Source: an uncultured Acidobacteriota bacterium (GTDB taxonomy: Bacteria; Acidobacteriota; Terriglobia; Acidiferrales; UBA7541). From it: 24,000 nt of DNA. The position numbers and the translations under genes were made by a program. Location: contig CAWDAY010000004.1 of assembly GCA_963800455.1 (NCBI GenBank), positions 2,684,593 to 2,708,592 of the forward strand, in the 5' to 3' direction. The notes below the pieces were generated by a model that was not told where the DNA came from, made no database searches, and saw only the letters and a program-made list of their open reading frames with translations. Below are positions 22,136 to 24,000 of this stretch, in pieces. Each line of letters opens with the position of its first letter. Within the stretch, counting starts at the first letter, position 1.

Positions 22136-24000
22136 CTAATTCACGGAGAATAGCGTAGGCTCCACGACAGCCTGCGCTTCGGGATTGTAGTAGTCGTACA
22201 AGGTCGAAGGAGGTGTCACGGCTTTCAACCCGAAACGCGGCTTAAACGTAAAAGAAAACTTCGTGCCCCCTGCGTGCGGCCAGAGATAAACGACCATTCT
22301 GTCCGGCAACACTTCGTACTGGTTGATGTCCCATCCGGATTCCTTCATTGCCGTCTCGACCGAGCTTCTGTCCACTTCCGCGCCGGGTGGCAGGCCGATT
22401 TCGGCCAGCATCATTCCGTAACCTCGAAATCCAATTCTCTCGGCTTCGACACTGCATCGAGTGCTCTCCCCCACCTTGGCCGACGGGCTCTCGTAGTGGA
22501 CTCGCAGCCGCAAAGTGTCCGAAGATTTGTCTTCGTGCTGGAAGTCTTCCTCCTTTGCGGTCTGGACCCAGGGCACATAGTAATCCGAGATCAATTGGAG
22601 CGACGCCTGTGCGGATCCTGCGCCACGGCGAATTTCCAGATGATGTGGTCCCGGGGAAATAAATTTCGATATATCGGCCGTGACCGGGGCGGTCAGTTCG
22701 TCGGGACTCGGCATGTTAATGGTTAAGGTCTGACGACCGTCGACCAGGATCGACGCTACGAGGTTCGCCTTTGACGAAACGCCCGGTCCGCTCGTCGTCC
22801 TTGGAACCGTGAACGAATGGATTGCATCCAGGACGTTCACAGTCGCCTGCGTCGAGAACCAAATCCCGAATCGATCTTGATTACGAAGCAGAAAAAGCAA
22901 ACCCCGGGACACGAGTGGATCGGCCACTGTATTGTTATCCGATGCTTTCTCAAACGCTTGCAGCACGATCGCGGTCGTTTCGACTCGTCCAGTTAGCCCC
23001 CATCCATAGAAGGGCGTATTGGTCTCAAGAGACCAGTAGCTGAAGTTGCCTTCGCGATGTTCCAGTTTCCGCAGCCTCTCAAGACTTTCAGTGACACGAG
23101 GCTTGTCTCCCACATAGAACGACGCGAGCGCGTAGGACGCGATCAGATAGGGCTCATCGTAAGAGCTGGCTTGCTTTTCCAAATAACCGAGCGCTCGCGC
23201 GACTGCCGTCGATGCCGCTTTGGATAAACGTGCGTTTTCTGCGGGATCAGCCACCGTGACTTTTGTTGTGGCAATGACCCGTGCGATATATGCGGTCAAG
23301 ACAGCCGTCCGGTGCGCGTCTTCTGGTCCGCCCCAGGTGGTCGCGATCCAACGACCGTCGTCCTGCTCGTGGTGCAGCAGCCACGACAGATTTCCCTGGG
23401 CGATAGAATCATCGACGTTTGTGAACTCACGTGCTTCACTTAGAAATTTCATGGCGTAGGCAGTCAGCGCGGGATCGGAATCACCTCTACCCCAATACGT
23501 GATTCCTCCATCAGGGGCTTGATAAGAGAGCAGCCGCCCGTAGCCGAGTTCCACATACCGCTTCGCGCGGGCGACAACGGTCGGTGCGGCACCCCGCGCG
23601 TCTTTGGTGTATTGCAGAAGCAAGAGGCTCGGATAAGCCGACGAAATTGTTTGTTCCGCGCAGCCGTAAGGACGGCCCAAAATCCCCTCGACACTTTCGA
23701 GGACGTGAGCATTCAGGTTCGGATAGATCTTCAGTGTGCCTTCAAGAGACCCGGGAATCGTGTTATCCGGAATCCGGATGTCCACGCCTGCGGAGTCTCC
23801 GAAGATTTGGCTGACCGTCTCGACGTGTTCTTCTCCGTTCGGTCGAACGGTGACCGTTCGCTCGATGGCGTCGCCCGCATCTGCGCCACTCGCGACGATT
23901 CTTTGCTTCCCGTTCTTGATCGGCGCGGTCGCATGGAATTTGAACACTTCGTTCTTGCTGTCGCGTGCAGGGACGGTAGTCTTCACAGAAGTCGGACTCA
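22136..24000 (-). CDS. Alpha-2-macroglobulin family protein with thioester motif; C-terminal ~620 aa only (N-terminus beyond the right edge)
   Basis: It contains GRPYGCAEQTISSAYPSLLL (CxEQ thioester site) followed by the alpha-helical TED-like region and a C-terminal receptor-binding-like beta domain. The track start at 23986 is a GTG inside an ORF that stays open to position 24000. Confidence 0.85.
   Translation of the reverse strand, partial: SPTSVKTTVPARDSKNEVFKFHATAPIKNGKQRIVASGADAGDAIERTVTVRPNGEEHVETVSQIFGDSAGVDIRIPDNTIPGSLEGTLKIYPNLNAHVLESVEGILGRPYGCAEQTISSAYPSLLLLQYTKDARGAAPTVVARAKRYVELGYGRLLSYQAPDGGITYWGRGDSDPALTAYAMKFLSEAREFTNVDDSIAQGNLSWLLHHEQDDGRWIATTWGGPEDAHRTAVLTAYIARVIATTKVTVADPAENARLSKAASTAVARALGYLEKQASSYDEPYLIASYALASFYVGDKPRVTESLERLRKLEHREGNFSYWSLETNTPFYGWGLTGRVETTAIVLQAFEKASDNNTVADPLVSRGLLFLLRNQDRFGIWFSTQATVNVLDAIHSFTVPRTTSGPGVSSKANLVASILVDGRQTLTINMPSPDELTAPVTADISKFISPGPHHLEIRRGAGSAQASLQLISDYYVPWVQTAKEEDFQHEDKSSDTLRLRVHYESPSAKVGESTRCSVEAERIGFRGYGMMLAEIGLPPGAEVDRSSVETAMKESGWDINQYEVLPDRMVVYLWPHAGGTKFSFTFKPRFGLKAVTPPSTLYDYYNPEAQAVVEPTLFSVN

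Overview
High-GC bacterial chromosomal window. The gene content looks like a soil Acidobacteriota-type organism, but that is only a guess. From 1 to 13.8 kb it holds mostly exported or membrane proteins of poorly known function. These are a Tat-exported SoxC-like molybdoenzyme (partial, missing from the ORF track), a decayed IS3 transposase remnant, a CarboxypepD_reg/CxxCH protein, NTF2-like proteins, an NHL beta-propeller, a tandem pair of endostatin/DUF1554-like secreted proteins, an alpha/beta hydrolase, a DUF6152 protein, an Ldh_2 oxidoreductase and a divergent DAACS-like transporter. From 13.8 to 15.3 kb there is a more AT-rich, essentially non-coding gap containing a tyrosine-integrase fragment. 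The main feature is at 15.3-22.1 kb: an RtcR/sigma54-controlled RNA-repair locus on the minus strand. Its order is sigma54 promoter, rtcB, rtcA, three Y-RNA-like units, an unknown 108-aa Cys-containing ORF, two more Y-RNA-like units with circularly permuted tRNA-like modules, then rsr (Ro60/TROVE-vWA). rtcR is divergent. All five RNA units share a closing helix that covaries between units, plus a fixed 5' UGGCG / 3' UUCC signature. A chimeric orphan fragment of these units lies about 1 kb beyond rsr. The window ends in a thioester-containing alpha-2-macroglobulin gene (partial). Many long ORFs in the supplied track are antisense shadows of real genes in GC-rich DNA.
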